Part shown: piece by piece, positions 25,852-40,080 of the stretch
Position numbering within the stretch: position 1 is the stretch's first letter
Layout of the letters: every line of letters begins with the position of its first letter
From: Octopus vulgaris
Taxonomy: Eukaryota
Assembly: GCA_951406725.2 (NCBI GenBank)
Contig: OX597830.1
Location: 10,726,001-10,790,000, forward strand
Direction of reading: 5' to 3'
Length of the DNA: 64,000 nt
Notes under the pieces: model-generated
What the model saw: the letters and a program-made list of their open reading frames with translations, nothing else
Database searches by the model: none
Told to the model about the DNA's origin: nothing
Position numbers and translations under genes: made by a program

Positions 25852-27861
25852 AAGGGTGGCTAGGAAGGAGTAACAAAGAGACAAGAAATAAAGTAAGGAA
25901 GTGAGTGGAGAAGAGGGTAGAGAAAGAGAAAGTGGGGAAAAGGGGGAGAGGTGAGAGAGAGGGAGAGTGGTGGTGGTGGTGGGGGCGAGGAAAGCCCTGT
26001 TTCTCCCAGTGGTGTTTGATTCAGGAAGTCAAAGAACATTGTGACATTAGTGGAACACACATGTTAGTCTCAGAGTACAGAAGCGAAAACTATTTGAAGT
26101 ATTATGGGAAATAAAGGGAACCCGATAATGTGCAGTGTTCAACTGTCATTAATCTGTCAACCAGGGTATCCACCTACAATGGGGTGGATGTAGAGAAACT
26201 GTTTACAGCGGGTAGAACACCAATGGAAAACTGACTGCATTTTTATAGAATTTGCTATTAAGGGTATTATATTTTACAGGGCAATCACCGAAGCAAAGAA
26301 TAAAATTAATAGTAAAGATTTTTCAACATTGTTAAAAGGACAAGTATTTTAGATAAACAGAATGTAGGCAATTAAACCAACCCCAGTGTATGACTGGTAT
26401 TTTTTGTATTAATGAGTGAGAGAAGGCAAAGCCGAAGTTGATTCTTCGAAGTTCTGGAGTAAATTGCTACACAGTATCTCTTCTCGTTATTTTATGTCTA
26501 CATTTCATGCTGGCATGGGTCAGATGGGTTTTCAGGGTCCATCACCATCATCATCATCATCATTATTATTATTATTATCATCATCATCTTTAAACGTCCA
26601 TTTTCCATGCTGGCATGTGTTGGATGGTTTGATCAGAACTGGCAAGGCTGAAGGCCTCACCAGGCTACATTATCTGTGCTGGCGTAGTGTCTATGGTTGG
26701 ATGCTCTTCATAAAACCAGCATCTTTACAGAGTGTACTCGGTGCTTCTTATGTGCCACCAGTACTAGTGCATTTAGTGCAGCACTAGGATAAGTTCTTCT
26801 AATATGGCACCAGGATGAGTGCTTCTAATATGGTACCAGAAATAGTGGGGAAGAAGGAGGAAGAGGGGAGCGACAAAGAGAGAGAGGGAGAGACAAAGAG
26901 AGAGAGGGAGAGACAAAGAGAGAGACAAAGAGAGAGAAACCAAGAAAGACTAAAATGAGAGAAATATTAAACTGTGTGGTGCCAAAAGGACAGTATCAAA
27001 TGAGTGATGCCAAACAGGCACAAACTGGCAGTGCCAAACATGGCATTAACAAAAAAAGTCTCTTTTCTGGTTCCTTGACAATGATACATTGATTAAGGAT
27101 GATAAAGGAAAAAAAGTTAGGGATTGCAGAAGAGGAAAAGTGCCAAAAAGAGAAAGAATATTAACTAATTGGTCCCTAAGGACATTGTTGATAAGGGTCA
27201 AATTTTTTAAAGTAAATTGAAATTTATTTAGCTACACAAATAAACGATAATGATTTATCCATGCCAAGAGTTTGTGATTACTTAAAGAAAAAAAAAATAA
27301 AGCAAAACATAATGAGTGATGTTAGGGGAGAGATAAGTTTAGGGAACTGCATGGAAAAGCGAGGTAGGGAGATGATGAGGAGGGTGTGAGAGTAAACTGG
27401 ATGAAGAAAAAAATGTTTTTAGAATCGCAAAATAAAACTTCAATTCAGAAGAAATACTGTAAAGAAAATGAAGAAAATATAAAAAAAATAAGATAAAGGG
27501 AAAGAAAGAAAAAAAAACAAAAGAAAAAAAGGGGTCACTGACAACAAAGAATTATCACATTTTTAAAATTGTGGCACTAAATGAAATCTGTCATCAACTT
27601 ATCTTTGTGATACACAACTTGTCTTAATTGAGAGTGAGTCTTTTTTTTTTAAATGTTTTTTTTTTTTTGTGATCAAGTGTAAGCAACGACAGTTTGTAAA
27701 TTATTGGAGAAGTATTTTGACAAAAAACAAACATAGATCTGGGCTGATAGGGAATGGATGTTTGTCAATGTGGACAGACAACAACAATAATCATCATCAT
27801 CATCATCATTTAACGTCTATTTTCCATGCTGGCATGGGTTGGATGGTTTCACTGAAAATTA

Positions 27862-28165
27862 GTGTGGAGGCATATGGCCTAGTGGTTAGGGTAGCGGTCT
27901 CGCGGTCGAGGGCTCGTGGGTTCGAATTTCAGACCGGGCAATGTGTGTGTTTATGAGCAAAACACCTAAGCTCCTCGTGGCTCCGGCAGAAGGTAAAAGC
28001 GAACTTCTGCTGACTCTTTCACCACAACTTTCTCTCACTCTTTCCTCCTGCATCTTACAGCTCACCTACGACGGACCGGCGTCCCGTCCAGGTGGGGAAC
28101 CTATACGCCAAGGAAATCGGGAAACCGGCCCTTATGAGCCAGGGATGGCATGAGAAGGAATAAAC
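27862..28165 (+). mobile_element. tRNA-derived SINE (family C1)
   Basis: A-box tggcctagtggtta, B-box ggttcgaat; reverse copy at 61935-62235. Confidence 0.8.
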
Positions 28166-28371
28166 CAACTGAAAACTAGTAAGCTGGGGAGATGCACCAG
28201 GCTCCAGTCTGATTTGGAATGGTTTCTATGGCTGGATGCCCTTCCTAACGCCAACCACTCCAAGAATGTTGTGGGTGCTTTTTATGTGCCAGTTACACAG
28301 TGCAGGCATTGGCCACACCTACAATCTCACTTGGCTTGACAAGTTTTCTCAAGCATGACATATCACCTAAT

Positions 28372-28752
28372 GTGGAGGCGCAATGGCCCAGTGGTTAGGG
28401 CAGCAGACTCGCGGTCGTAGGATCGCAGTTTCGATTCCCAGACCGGGCGTTGTGAGTGTTTATTGAGCGAAAACACCTAAAGCTCCACGAGGCTCCAGCA
28501 GGGATGGTGGTGATCCCTGCTGTACTCTTTCACCACAACTTTCTCTCACTCTTACTTCCTATTTCTGTTGTACCTGTATTTCAAAGGGCCGGCCTTGTCA
28601 CTCTCTGTGTCACGCTGAATATCCCCGAGAGCTACGTTAAGGGCACACGTGTCTGTGGAGTGCTCAGACACTTACATATTAATTTCACGAGCAGGCTGTT
28701 CCGTTGATTCGGATCAACCGGAACCCTCATCGTCGTAACCGATGGAGTGCTT
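28372..28752 (+). mobile_element. tRNA-derived SINE (family C2)
   Basis: Head gtggaggcgcaatggcccagtggttagggcagc...gtttcgattccc; the same head occurs at 63305. Confidence 0.8.
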
Positions 28753-29339
28753 CCATCCAGCCATATCACCCAACATTCAAAAGGTGCTTTTTATGTGCCG
28801 GTTACGCAACAACGGCATCGGCCATGATTACAATCACACCTGGCTTGATGGATTTTCTCAAGCATGACACATCACCAAAGGTCTCGGTCACCTGTCATTG
28901 CCTCCATGAAGCCCAACATTCAAAGATCGTGCTTCACCACCTCATCCCATGTCTTCTTGGGTCTACATCTTCCACAGGATCCCTCCACAGATAGAGTTCA
29001 GCACTTTGTAACAGCTGTCCTCATCCATACAACAACAACAACAACAATAATAATACATATTTATCTTTCATCTTTTACTTGTTACAGTCAATAGGGCATG
29101 GCCATGCTGGGGCTCTCCCTCCAAGATTTTAGTTGAACAAATCTACCCCAGTATCCTTTTTTTTATTTCTAAGTCCTGTACTCATTCAGTTGGTTTCCTT
29201 TTTTTATTTTTTTTTGCTGAATACTGAGTTACAGGGACATGAACAAACCAACACCGGTTATCAAGTGGTTGGGGGACAAGCACAAGTGAGTGGGGACAAA
29301 CACCCACACACACATATATATATACACATATATTTAGAA

Positions 29340-29548
29340 ATAGTAAAGTAAAGAAAATGGGAAAAATAATCCAGAATCCTTGTCCGGTACCAGATCAATC
29401 CCAAAATGAAATGAGACCATACCAGTCACATGGCCAAACATCCCTGAAAGTTTCATCTGAATCCATCCAGCAGTTCTTGAGATATCTTGTCCATGGTGTA
29501 ACAAATAAACACAACTGAAAACAATACCTTTGCTAAGGTGGAGGTAAT
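29340..29548 (-). mobile_element. Partial Helentron-associated (HINE/DINE-1-like) element
   Basis: Matches the units at 60713-61743. Confidence 0.65.
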
Positions 29549-29557
29549 TATAATAAT

Positions 29558-30105
29558 GCCCTGATGCAGTGCCAGGCAGTGGCTCTCATGGCTTCTGATC
29601 TTAACTGATTGAAAGTGCTATCATGTACATTGTTTTGTCTTGGTATAAAAGATGGGCTACAGCAAATATTCTGCTCAATACCACAGGTTTGCTTGACCAT
29701 GTCCCTTAGTAGCTAACAACATGTGCATCTCTGATCTCAAGCAGAAGTAGTAGGGGAACATCATAGCCGTGTGTTGAGAGCAATTCTTTGGGGTTTGAAT
29801 AATTCACCTCTGGAAACATGGGTGGTTCTTTCAACATCCTTAAGCAACCCTTATTCAAGGATCTTTTGAGCCGGATGGGCTACTTGACCTGAAGAAAATT
29901 CTAACTGGGCCCCACCTGCAAGGTCATGTGCTGTTTATCTTGATATGAGATCACCATGTCATGTATATATGGTTGTGATGCCCTTATCAGATGGGTAGTC
30001 ATGATGGTGTACCTTTATCAGACGGGTAGTCATGATGGGTATACTGAGCTTCACATATTTTACTCTAGTGTCACTTTGATGCCATGCACTGCTCTCTCAC
30101 TCAAT
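29558..30105. repeat. Second copy of the ~560-bp (AAT)n-embedded repeat
   Basis: Aligns with 16814-17370. Confidence 0.8.
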
Positions 30106-30654
30106 AATAATGATGATGATGATGATGATAATAATAATAATAATGGAACCATTTATGGCATTATATGAATGAAAGAATGAGATGAAATCTCATTTATTTT
30201 GGAAATACTGCGTAAATTCTTAAACTTATTGAATGTCCTCCACATATACTTAGTTCTCGTGTAGTTGTTCCTTTGTCAAAGACAAAATGGTAAATAACAG
30301 TAAGGAATTTCTGTGTAAAGATACTATCTGGCTGCGTCATCCGTTTGATATAGTGTGAACCATGCTGTGAGGGGAGTGTTTGTGTTTTGGGCATTTGAAA
30401 ATGTCTCTCTTTCGGCACCTTCTGGAAACTAAACTGGCTGCTGATGTACAAGATGTAATGGAAGATGGAACACAGCATGTGATCTATGATGCCTTCTGCA
30501 TTCCAGTAATATCCACATTGCTTCTGAAGGAGTGACATAATGGACCATTTATGAACAACATAATTACATCAATAATAAAAACATTGTTCATGTATTTACA
30601 ACTGCACACAGTGGTAGCCTCTTTAAATGAAGATATTGATATATTAAACAGACA

Positions 30655-31030
30655 GGCGCAGGAGTGGCTGTGTGGTAAGTAACTTGCTAACTAACCACAT
30701 GGTTCCAGGTTCAGTCCCAATGCGTGGCATCTTGGGCAAGTGTCTTCTGCTATAGCCCCTGGGCCAACCAATGCCTTGTGAGTGGATTTGGTAGACGGAA
30801 ACTGAGAGAAGCCTGTTGTATATATGTATGTGTGTTTGTGTGTCTGTGTTTGTCCCCCTAGCATTGCTTGACAACCGATGCTGGTGTGTTTATTTAGCGG
30901 TTCGGCAAAAGAGACCGATAGAATAAGTACTGGGCTTACAAAGAATAAGTTCCGGGGTCGATTTGCTCGACTAAAGATGGTGCTCCAGCATGGCCGCAGT
31001 CAAATGACTGAAGCCAGTAAAAGAGTAAAA
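30655..31030 (+). mobile_element. tRNA-derived SINE family A, full length
   Basis: ggcgcaggagtggctgtgtggtaag head, CORE-like 'cttgggcaagtgtctt' block, tail gtaaaagag. Confidence 0.85.
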
Positions 31031-31633
31031 GAAGAGACATAAGTTTTGGCTTACAATAAAAACTCTCAGAGTGAATTTCATTATAAATAATAATAGCAAT
31101 CTTTTCGAATATCGGTACAAAACCTGAAATTTTGTGGGAGGATGGCTATTCAATTACATCAACCTCAGTGCACAACTGGTACTTATTTTACCAACTCCAA
31201 AGGGATGAAAGGCAGTGTCGACTTTGGTGGAATTTGAACTTAGAACATAGCAATGGGCGAAAGACCGCTCAGCAGTTCATCCAGCATGCTAACGACTCAG
31301 CCTGCTTGCCACCTTAATTTCATTATAAAGGATAATAGGAATCCTTTTCAATATAGGTACAAAGCCTGAAATGTTGTAGGAGGGGGCTAGTCAATTTACA
31401 TCGACCCCAGTGTACAACTGGTATTTAATTTTTTCAACTCTGAAAGGATGACAGGCGAAGTTGACCTCCAAGGCATTTCAGATCTGAACATAAAGACAAG
31501 TGGAAGGAATAACAACAACAACAACAACACTAATAACAATAATAATAATAATGATAATAATAATAATAATAATGGTTTCAAATTTTGGTACAAGGCCAGC
31601 AATTTCAGTGGAGGGGCAGGCGGTTAAGTTGTT

Positions 31634-31866
31634 AAGGCGGCGAGCTGGCAGAAACGTTAGCACGTCGGACGAATTGCGTAGTCGTATTTCCTCTGCCGTT
31701 ACGTTCTGAGTTCAAATTCCACCGAGGTCGACTTTTCCTTTCATCCTTTCGGGGTCGATTAATTAAGTATCAGTTACGCACTGGGATCGATGTAATCGAC
31801 TTAATACCTATGTCTGTCCTTGTTTGTCCCCTCTGTGTTTAGCCCCTTGTGGGTAATAAAGAAATA
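31634..31866 (+). mobile_element. Young family-B SINE with 12-bp TSD
   Basis: TSD ggttaagttgtt at 31622-31633 and 31867-31878; CpG-rich. Confidence 0.9.
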
Positions 31867-32344
31867 GGTTAAGTTGTTTCCATTGACCCCCGCCACTGCT
31901 TAACTGCAATTCATTTCATTGATCCTGGAAGGTTGAAAAGTAAAGTCTACCTCAGCAGTATTTGAACTCAAGCCGTAAACATGGATAAAATGCTACTAAG
32001 TAGTTTGCCTAGCATGCTACCAATTCTGCCAAACATTTGCTTTTAATGCTGGCATGGGTTGGACGCTTTTACAGGAGCTGCCCAGCTGCACCAAGCTCCA
32101 GTAGTCTGTTCTGGTATGGTTTCTAAGACTGGATGCCTTTCCTAATGCCAACCACTTTACAGAGTTTACTAGGTGCACACAATTTTACCAGCTTCTGTGA
32201 AATTCTTGAAAATCTCAGTCAGAAAATATAATGGAAAACTCAGCATGAAACAGACCTTGTCTTTGAAATTTATTTGAATAGCAGAATGCTTAGAGAGATC
32301 CAAGGAAGGAACTTGTAATTATGTCTTTATGGTAATTCTTTCTT

Positions 32345-32553
32345 TTTTTTCTTTTATTTGTCCCAGTCATTTGATTGCAGCCATGCTGGAGCACCACCTT
32401 TAGTTGAGCAAATCGACCCCAGGACTTATTCTTTGTAAGCCTAGTACTTATTATATCCTTTTCTTTTGCCAAATCACTAAGTTACGGGGACGTAAACACA
32501 CCAGCATCAGTTGCCAAGTGATGTTGGGGGGACAAACACAGACACACAAACAT

Positions 32554-32618
<65 letters not shown>

Positions 32619-32781
32619 GGACGAGCTTCTTTCAGTTTCTGTCTACCAAATCCACTCACAAGGCTTTGGTCGGCCTGAGGCTATAGTAGGAGATACTTGA
32701 CCAAGGTGCCACGCAGTGGGACTGAACATGGAATCATGTGGTTGTTAAGCAAGCTACTTACCACACAGCCACTCCTGCACC
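32345..32781 (-). mobile_element. SINE family A
   Basis: Reverse complement of the family A consensus. Confidence 0.8.
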
Positions 32782-33634
32782 TAAGTATATTTTGAGTTGG
32801 AATAATTGTGTAAACTAACCAGGGCGACTGGAGATTCTTTACATAAACAGTACATTATTTGTGATTACTTGTCCCACTGGATTATGTTTCATTGTAATAA
32901 AGAGATTAGATTTTGTTATGTCTTGGGAGGGTCATAATGCCACTAGTAAACACGCACACACACACACACACTGATTTTGTTTTCTTTCTTTTATCTTTTG
33001 AAAGCTGGAAAAATGCAAAGCACATTGTGACCAACAATATAAAACATTTAATAATCTAGTCAATCACATGATATCATCATATCATCATCATCATCCTCAT
33101 CATCATCCTCATCATCTCATATCAGCTTTCCATGCTAGCATGGGTTGGATGGTTTGAAAGGAACTGGCTGGGCAGAAGACTGCACCAGGCTTCAAGGTCT
33201 GTTTTGACATGGTTTTTACAGCTGGATGCCCTTCCAAATACCAACCACTTTACAGTGTGTGTGTGCATGTGTGTGTGTGTGAATTAATAGTAATGGTAAG
33301 ACAACATGGGTGTGTGTGCACGCATGTGTATGCATATACATGTGCACATACATGATTACTATGAACATTTTTATTTCTTTACTTTTTACTTCCTCCCCTT
33401 CGGTTTTTTCCCCTTATTTAACAGTCATTCTAATGGCTCTTTTGTCTTAATAACGGTCAATAACATAGTAATTTCCCTTTGTTTAATGGTCATTTTCATA
33501 GCATTTTTTTGATTGCCTCGATAACTGACAAGATGCCGGAGCAAGTTTCCACCCCGACATCTGAAACTCAGAGTCTTATTATGGCAACCGAACAATTGTC
33601 ACACATTATTTTACAGATATATATTTATATAAAT

Positions 33635-33684
<50 letters not shown>

Positions 33685-33685
33685 C

Positions 33686-33856
33686 ATTTGCCATGATAGA
33701 TTGATAGCCACTACACATTCTTTATTTTCTCTCCTTGTTTCTTTCTGTGTTCCTTTCTGTGGAAGAGCGTAGGCTCGAAACGTTAAAGCAATCTACTAAC
33801 ACATCTGTTTGTTGCCTACACCACCTGTCTTTGCTTTTTGTTTTTTTGTGAATTCT

Positions 33857-33861
<5 letters not shown>
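33686..33861 (+). mobile_element. ~180-bp Penelope-like repeat with minimal hammerhead-like motif (33753-33788)
   Basis: cttt CTGTGGAA gagcgtaggctc GAAACGTT aaag; flanked by (TA)n. Confidence 0.6.
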
Positions 33862-33891
<30 letters not shown>

Positions 33892-34374
33892 AGTCACAGG
33901 TATATAGGGGAGGCTTATCAGTTCCACACTCTGTTTGGCATACTGATATTATTGAAAAGAAAAAAGAAAATATGGAAAAAAAAAGAAAGCAAAAGGGTCG
34001 CAGTGGTTAAAGGGAAAAGATAATGTGTTTGTTGGTTCAGTTTTATCATTAAGCTACAAGTTCTGAAGAGAGAATATCACGCTTCATTCTGAGAAAAATT
34101 CTCCAATCTCCGAAGCTAATTGCAGCTAATTTTTAATGCTACACGAAAAAAAAAGAAATGAGTTCTTGATAAGTAATTATGTAAGAACACATTTATATAT
34201 ATATATATGTGCATGTGCGTATATATATATATATATATATGCTAGCATGGAGAACGGACGTTAAACGACGAACGATATATATATATATATACATACATAC
34301 ATATACACACACACATATACGCCAGCATGGAACATGGATGTTAAATGATGATGATGATAATGATACACACACAC

Positions 34375-34421
<47 letters not shown>

Positions 34422-34548
34422 TATATACACGCATAAATATATATATAAAGATATATAGATATACATATATAAAGGTATACACATATAATATATGCATCTA
34501 TATATATATATACACATACACATACAAAGATACAAGCACACATGTATG

Positions 34549-34611
<63 letters not shown>

Positions 34612-35167
34612 CCATGCACACACATACATGCGCACTCTCGTATTGAGAACAACACATTGCTTCATTAATTAGTAATTTTTTTATATACTTTAAAAACACT
34701 CATCGTCTTCTAAGTTTGTTTCCCTTGCAATTTCGAAAGAGGCTTTCACCATTCTCACAATTTACCAAAATATAACCAGAAATAAACAGCAAAAACAAAC
34801 AAAAAAAAAAAAACAAAACAAAATAAAGGCAAAACAAAAAATAAAAATCCATGCAAAAACAGAACGAAACTAGCAAAAAAGGTAAATAGGTTTCCTAAAA
34901 GAAAACTCCATTGAAAGCTATTCATCACTAAAGTATGTAACCTTTTCTGAAACACTTAACAGCTAATTAACTTATTAATTATCTGCAGTGTTAAAAGCTA
35001 TACTTGTGCTAATGACAATAGCCCCTGAAGCCTTAACTCTATGATACAGGCTTCCTTATAAAATTGCTTTTTTATACTTTTTAGTTTGGAGGGCCCTTTT
35101 TTTTTATCATTTTATTATTCTGCAGCATATATTTTATTTCTACATTTTTACTACTTTTTGGATCGTA

Positions 35168-35209
<42 letters not shown>

Positions 35210-35449
35210 TTGTTGTTGTTGTTGTTGCTGTTGTTGTTGTTATTATTAGGGCAGCGTGGTGCTGAAAGAATCGTGAGCACACTGGACAATGTGCTCGGTG
35301 GTAATTCATCTGTCTTAACATTTCGAGTTTAAATTCCTTTTTTCCTATTGTGGGTAATAAAACCGAGTACCAGTCAAATACTGGGGTCGATGAAATCAAG
35401 TAGCTCCCTCCCTCAAAATTTCAGGCCTTGCGCCTGTAGTAAAAAAGAA

Positions 35450-35480
<31 letters not shown>

Positions 35481-35514
35481 GTTGTTGTTATTATTGTTGT
35501 TATTATTATTATTA

Positions 35515-35600
<86 letters not shown>

Positions 35601-35628
35601 GTTATTATTATTGTTGTTGTTATTATTG

Positions 35629-35667
<39 letters not shown>
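35450..35667. repeat. (TAT/TGT)n trinucleotide tract
   Basis: Direct observation. Confidence 0.95.
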
Positions 35668-35668
<1 letters not shown>

Positions 35669-35884
35669 GGCGGCGAGTTGGCAGAATTGTTAGCATGCCG
35701 AGCGAAATGCTTTGCAACATTTCGTCCATCCTTAACATTCTGAGTTCAAATTCTGCCAAAGCCAACTTTGCTTTTCATCCATTCGAGGTTGATAAATTAA
35801 GTACCAGTTGCATACTGGGGTCAATATAATTGAGTGGCCGCCCCACTCCCCAAAATTTCAGGCCTTGTGCCTATAGCAGAAAGG

Positions 35885-35935
<51 letters not shown>

Positions 35936-36589
35936 TTTTTTGTTTTCTGTTTTGTTTTGTTTTGTTGGGTTTTTTTTTTGTTCACTTAATAAGTCTGAAG
36001 CATATTTAACAAGGTTAAAAAAGGATCCTTAGAACACATTTAAAGAGGATTTTTCGTAAAAGCTGCAAATGTCAAACGGCAGTAATAGAATTTACTGGGT
36101 CACGGTGAAATATTAGTAGGTCAGGGTGACACGTACCGATTTCAAAGACTTTACTCTGCTTCAATTACCAAATTACACAGAATTAATTGTAATAAAAGTG
36201 TACCTGGAAACATATCATTCCATAATTAATATGCTTTCAGGGGAAAAGAATTTTTATCTAAACTTAAAACAATAAGATACAGACCAACACAAGTGTTCTC
36301 TTTGTAAATTTAACATCAATTATTTATTGATTCTAATTAAATTTTATATACGTAATACCTATCATTATTATCCTTATTATTATCCATATTATTATTATTA
36401 TCATCATCATCATCATCATTATTATTATTCTAATTAGATTTTATATATGTAATACCTATCATTATTATTATTATTATTATTATTGTTGTTATAATCATCA
36501 TCATCATTATTATTATTGTTATAATTATTATTGTCATTATGGTTATCATTATTATTATTATCAAAATCATCATTATTATCATTGTTACA

Positions 36590-36626
<37 letters not shown>

Positions 36627-37584
36627 TATTACTATTATTATCATTATTATAATCATCAGCATCATCATTATTATTGTCATTATGGTTATCATTATTATTA
36701 TTATTATCATCATCTTCATCAATATTATAATTATTATCATCGTTATCTGCTGTTGTTGCTGGTGATGTGAAAATTATTTTTGATAAATCATTATTATTAT
36801 TATTATTATTATTATTTTAATAATCATCATTTATTATTTCTCTTTTATTTATTTTCACATCATTTATTTTACTTATTTATTTTAATTAAATTCTATGCAT
36901 GCAGTGCAGTTATCATCATCATCATCATCATCATCATCTGTACTGTAGTTGAAGATGATAAATTCTTGCATATGACTATTATTATTTGCCTCCTTCTACT
37001 ACTACTACTACTATTATTATTATTATTATTATTATTTGAAATAGTAGTAGTAGTAGTAGTAGTAGTGATGGTGGTGTTGTTGTTGTTGTTGTTGTAGGTT
37101 GTGGTGGTGGTGGAAGTAGTAGCAGTGGTGGTGGTGGTGGTGGTAGTAGTAGCAGTGTTGTTCTTGTTGGTAGTAGTAGCAGTAGTAGTATTAGTAGTAG
37201 TAGTAGTAGTGGTGGTGGTGGTGATGGTGGTGGTGTTGTTGTTGTTGTAGGTTGTGGTGGTGGTGGAAGTAGTAGCAGTGGTGTTGTTGGTGTTGGTAGT
37301 AGTAGTAGTGGTGGTGGTACATTCTGATGATATTTTTGATACTATTATCACTATCATCATCATCAGCATCGTTATTGCAATTAAGAACAACAACAACAAC
37401 AACAGCAACTAAATTAACATTTCAATTCACTTGATAGGAAAAGTAATCGCAAAGAAATTAATTAAATTTAAAATCAAAAATTTAAACGAACGAGGAAGTA
37501 GAAGACATCACATCCTTTCGACTGAATCGTAAGAGGAATGGTTTATGAGAAGAAACTGTGAGAGCTAATTACGACTGATTGGAA

Positions 37585-39020
37585 GGGGGGTGAGGGAAGG
37601 GGGGTGGTGGTTGGTGTTGTTGTTGTTGTTGTTCGTGGTGGTGGTGGTGGTGGTGGTGTTGCTGGTGTTGCTGGTGTTGCTGGTGCTGCTGGTGCTGGTG
37701 GTGCTGGTGGTAGTGGTGGTGGAGGTTGCTGGTGGTGGTGGTGGTGGTAATGGTGCTGTTGGTGGTGGGGGGAGGGGGTGTGGCAGTGATGTTAGTGGTG
37801 CTGTTGGTGGTGATGACAGTGGTGCTGGCAGAGGTGGTGGTGTTGCTGGTGGTGGTGGTGGTGCTGGTGGTGGTGGTGCTGGTGGTGGTGGTGCTGGTGG
37901 TGGTGGTGGTGGTAGTGGTGGTGGAGGTTGCTGGTGTTGCTGGTGCTGCTGGTGCTGGTGGTAGTGGTGGTGGAGGTTGCTGGTGGTGGTGGTGGTGGTA
38001 ATGGTGCTGTTGGTGGTGGGGGGAGGGGGTGTGGCAGTGATGTTAGTGGTGCTGTTGGTGGTGATGACAGTGGTGCTGGCAGAGGTGGTGGTGTTGCTGG
38101 TGGTGGTGGTGCTGGTGGTGGTGGTGCTGGTGGTGGTGGTGGTGGTAGTGGTGGTGGAGGTTGCTGGTGGTGGTGGTGGTGGTGGTAATGGTGCTGTTGG
38201 TGGTGGTGGTAGTGGTGGTGGTGGCGGCGGTGGTGGTGGTAATGGTGCTGTTGGTGGTGGTGGTAGTGGGGGAAGGGGGTGTGGCAGTGATGTTAGTGGT
38301 GCTGTTGGTGGTGATGACAGTGGTGCTGGCAGAGGTGGTGGTGTTGCTGTGGTGCTGGTGGTGTTGCTGGTGGTGCTGGTGGTGGTGGTGCTGGTGGTGG
38401 TGTGCTGGTGGTGGTGGTGGTAGTGGTGGTGGAGGTTGCTGGTGGTGGTGGTGGTGGTAATGGTGCTGTTGGTGGTGGTGGTGGTGGTGGTGGTGGCGGC
38501 GGTGGTGGTGGTGGTGGTAATGGTGCTGTTGGTGGTGGTGGTGGTGGTGGTGGCAGCAGTGGTGGGGAAGGGGGTGTGGCAGTGATGTTAGTGGTGCTGT
38601 TGGTGGTGATGACAGTGGTGCTGGCAGAGGTGGTGGTGGTGATGGTGGAGGTGGTGGTGGAAATGGTGGTGGTTGTGGTGGTGGGAGTGGTGGCAGTGAT
38701 GTTAGTGGTGCTGTTGGCAGTGGTGACTGGTGGTAGTGGATGTGATGGTGGCAGTAGAGGTGGTGGTGATGGCAGTAATGCTGGTGGTAGTGATGGTGTT
38801 GTTGTTGTTGTTGGTGGTGGTGGTGTTGGTGGCCATGGTGTCAGTGATGGTGGTAGTTGTGGTGGTGGTGATTGTGCTGATGGTGATGGTGATTGTGGTA
38901 GGGTGGTAGTAGTGGCAAAGTGGTAGTGGATGGTGGTGATGGTGGAAGTGTTATTGTTGCCGTTGTCAGTGGTGGTGGTGGTGGTGGTGGCTGGTTGTAG
39001 TGGCATGAAGGATGGTAGAG
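37585..39020. repeat. (GGT)n-rich compound repeat with ~250-bp higher-order unit
   Basis: 'tggcagtgatgttagtggtgctgttgg' at 37781, 38032, 38282, 38577 and 38691. Confidence 0.9.
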
Positions 39021-39632
39021 GTGGCAATGCCTGATTATATATATCATTTGCAGATGCAGTGTTTTTTTTTGGGGGGGTTCATTGCTTCCATGGGGATGGC
39101 AAAAATGGTAAAACACACAATACACACACACACATGTGCTTTCTAACACACACACACATTTATACTTACATGTGCGCACACACATTCCCACAGACGTACT
39201 GACATTTTCTCTGTCTATGATGCTTGGCAAAAAAACAAATGATGAGGATAATAATAATGGTTTCAAATTTTGGAACAAAGTAGGTGGTTTGGGGGGAGGG
39301 GTAAGTTGGTTGCTTGACCCCAGTGCAAAACTGGTACTTATATTATTGACCCCAAAAGGATGAAAAGCAAAGTGATCCCCAGTGGAATATGAACTCTGAA
39401 TGTAAAGAAGGACAAAATACTACTAAGCATCTTGCCCAGTGTATAACTGGTACTCGTTTAATTGACCCCAAAAGGATGAAAGGCAAAGTTGACCTTGGCA
39501 GAATTTGAACTCAGAACATAAAGAGAGGCAAAATACCGCTAAGCATTTTACCAAACATGCTAATGATTTTGTTTGCTTGCTGTGCTAATAATAATAATAA
39601 TAATAATAATGATGATGATGATGATGATGATA

Positions 39633-39693
<61 letters not shown>

Positions 39694-40080
39694 TAATAAT
39701 AATAATGATAATAATGGTTTTGCCACAAGGACAACAATCTTGTGGGAGGCGATGAGTTGATTACATCAACCCCAGTGTTTCACTGGTACTTAATTTATCG
39801 ACCCCAAAAGGATGAAAGCTAATGGTTGACCTTGGCAGAATTTGAACTCACAACATAGCAATGAGTGAAATACCACCACGAATTTCGTCCAGTGTGCTAA
39901 CAATTCTGCCAGCTCATCACAATAACAATAATAATGATGATAATACATAAAGGATTGAGGTAACTCCTCCAGAAGATATTGAGTCAAAATTAAAAGAAGA
40001 GTGCCATTGTCATCTTGTGAAGGATATTTCAACATCTTGTGTGTCTTCAACTGGTTCAAAAAATAATAATAATAATAATA

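Noticed and set aside
30194-30538. 114-aa non-repetitive ORF
   Set aside because: No recognisable domain or splice context; length is compatible with chance
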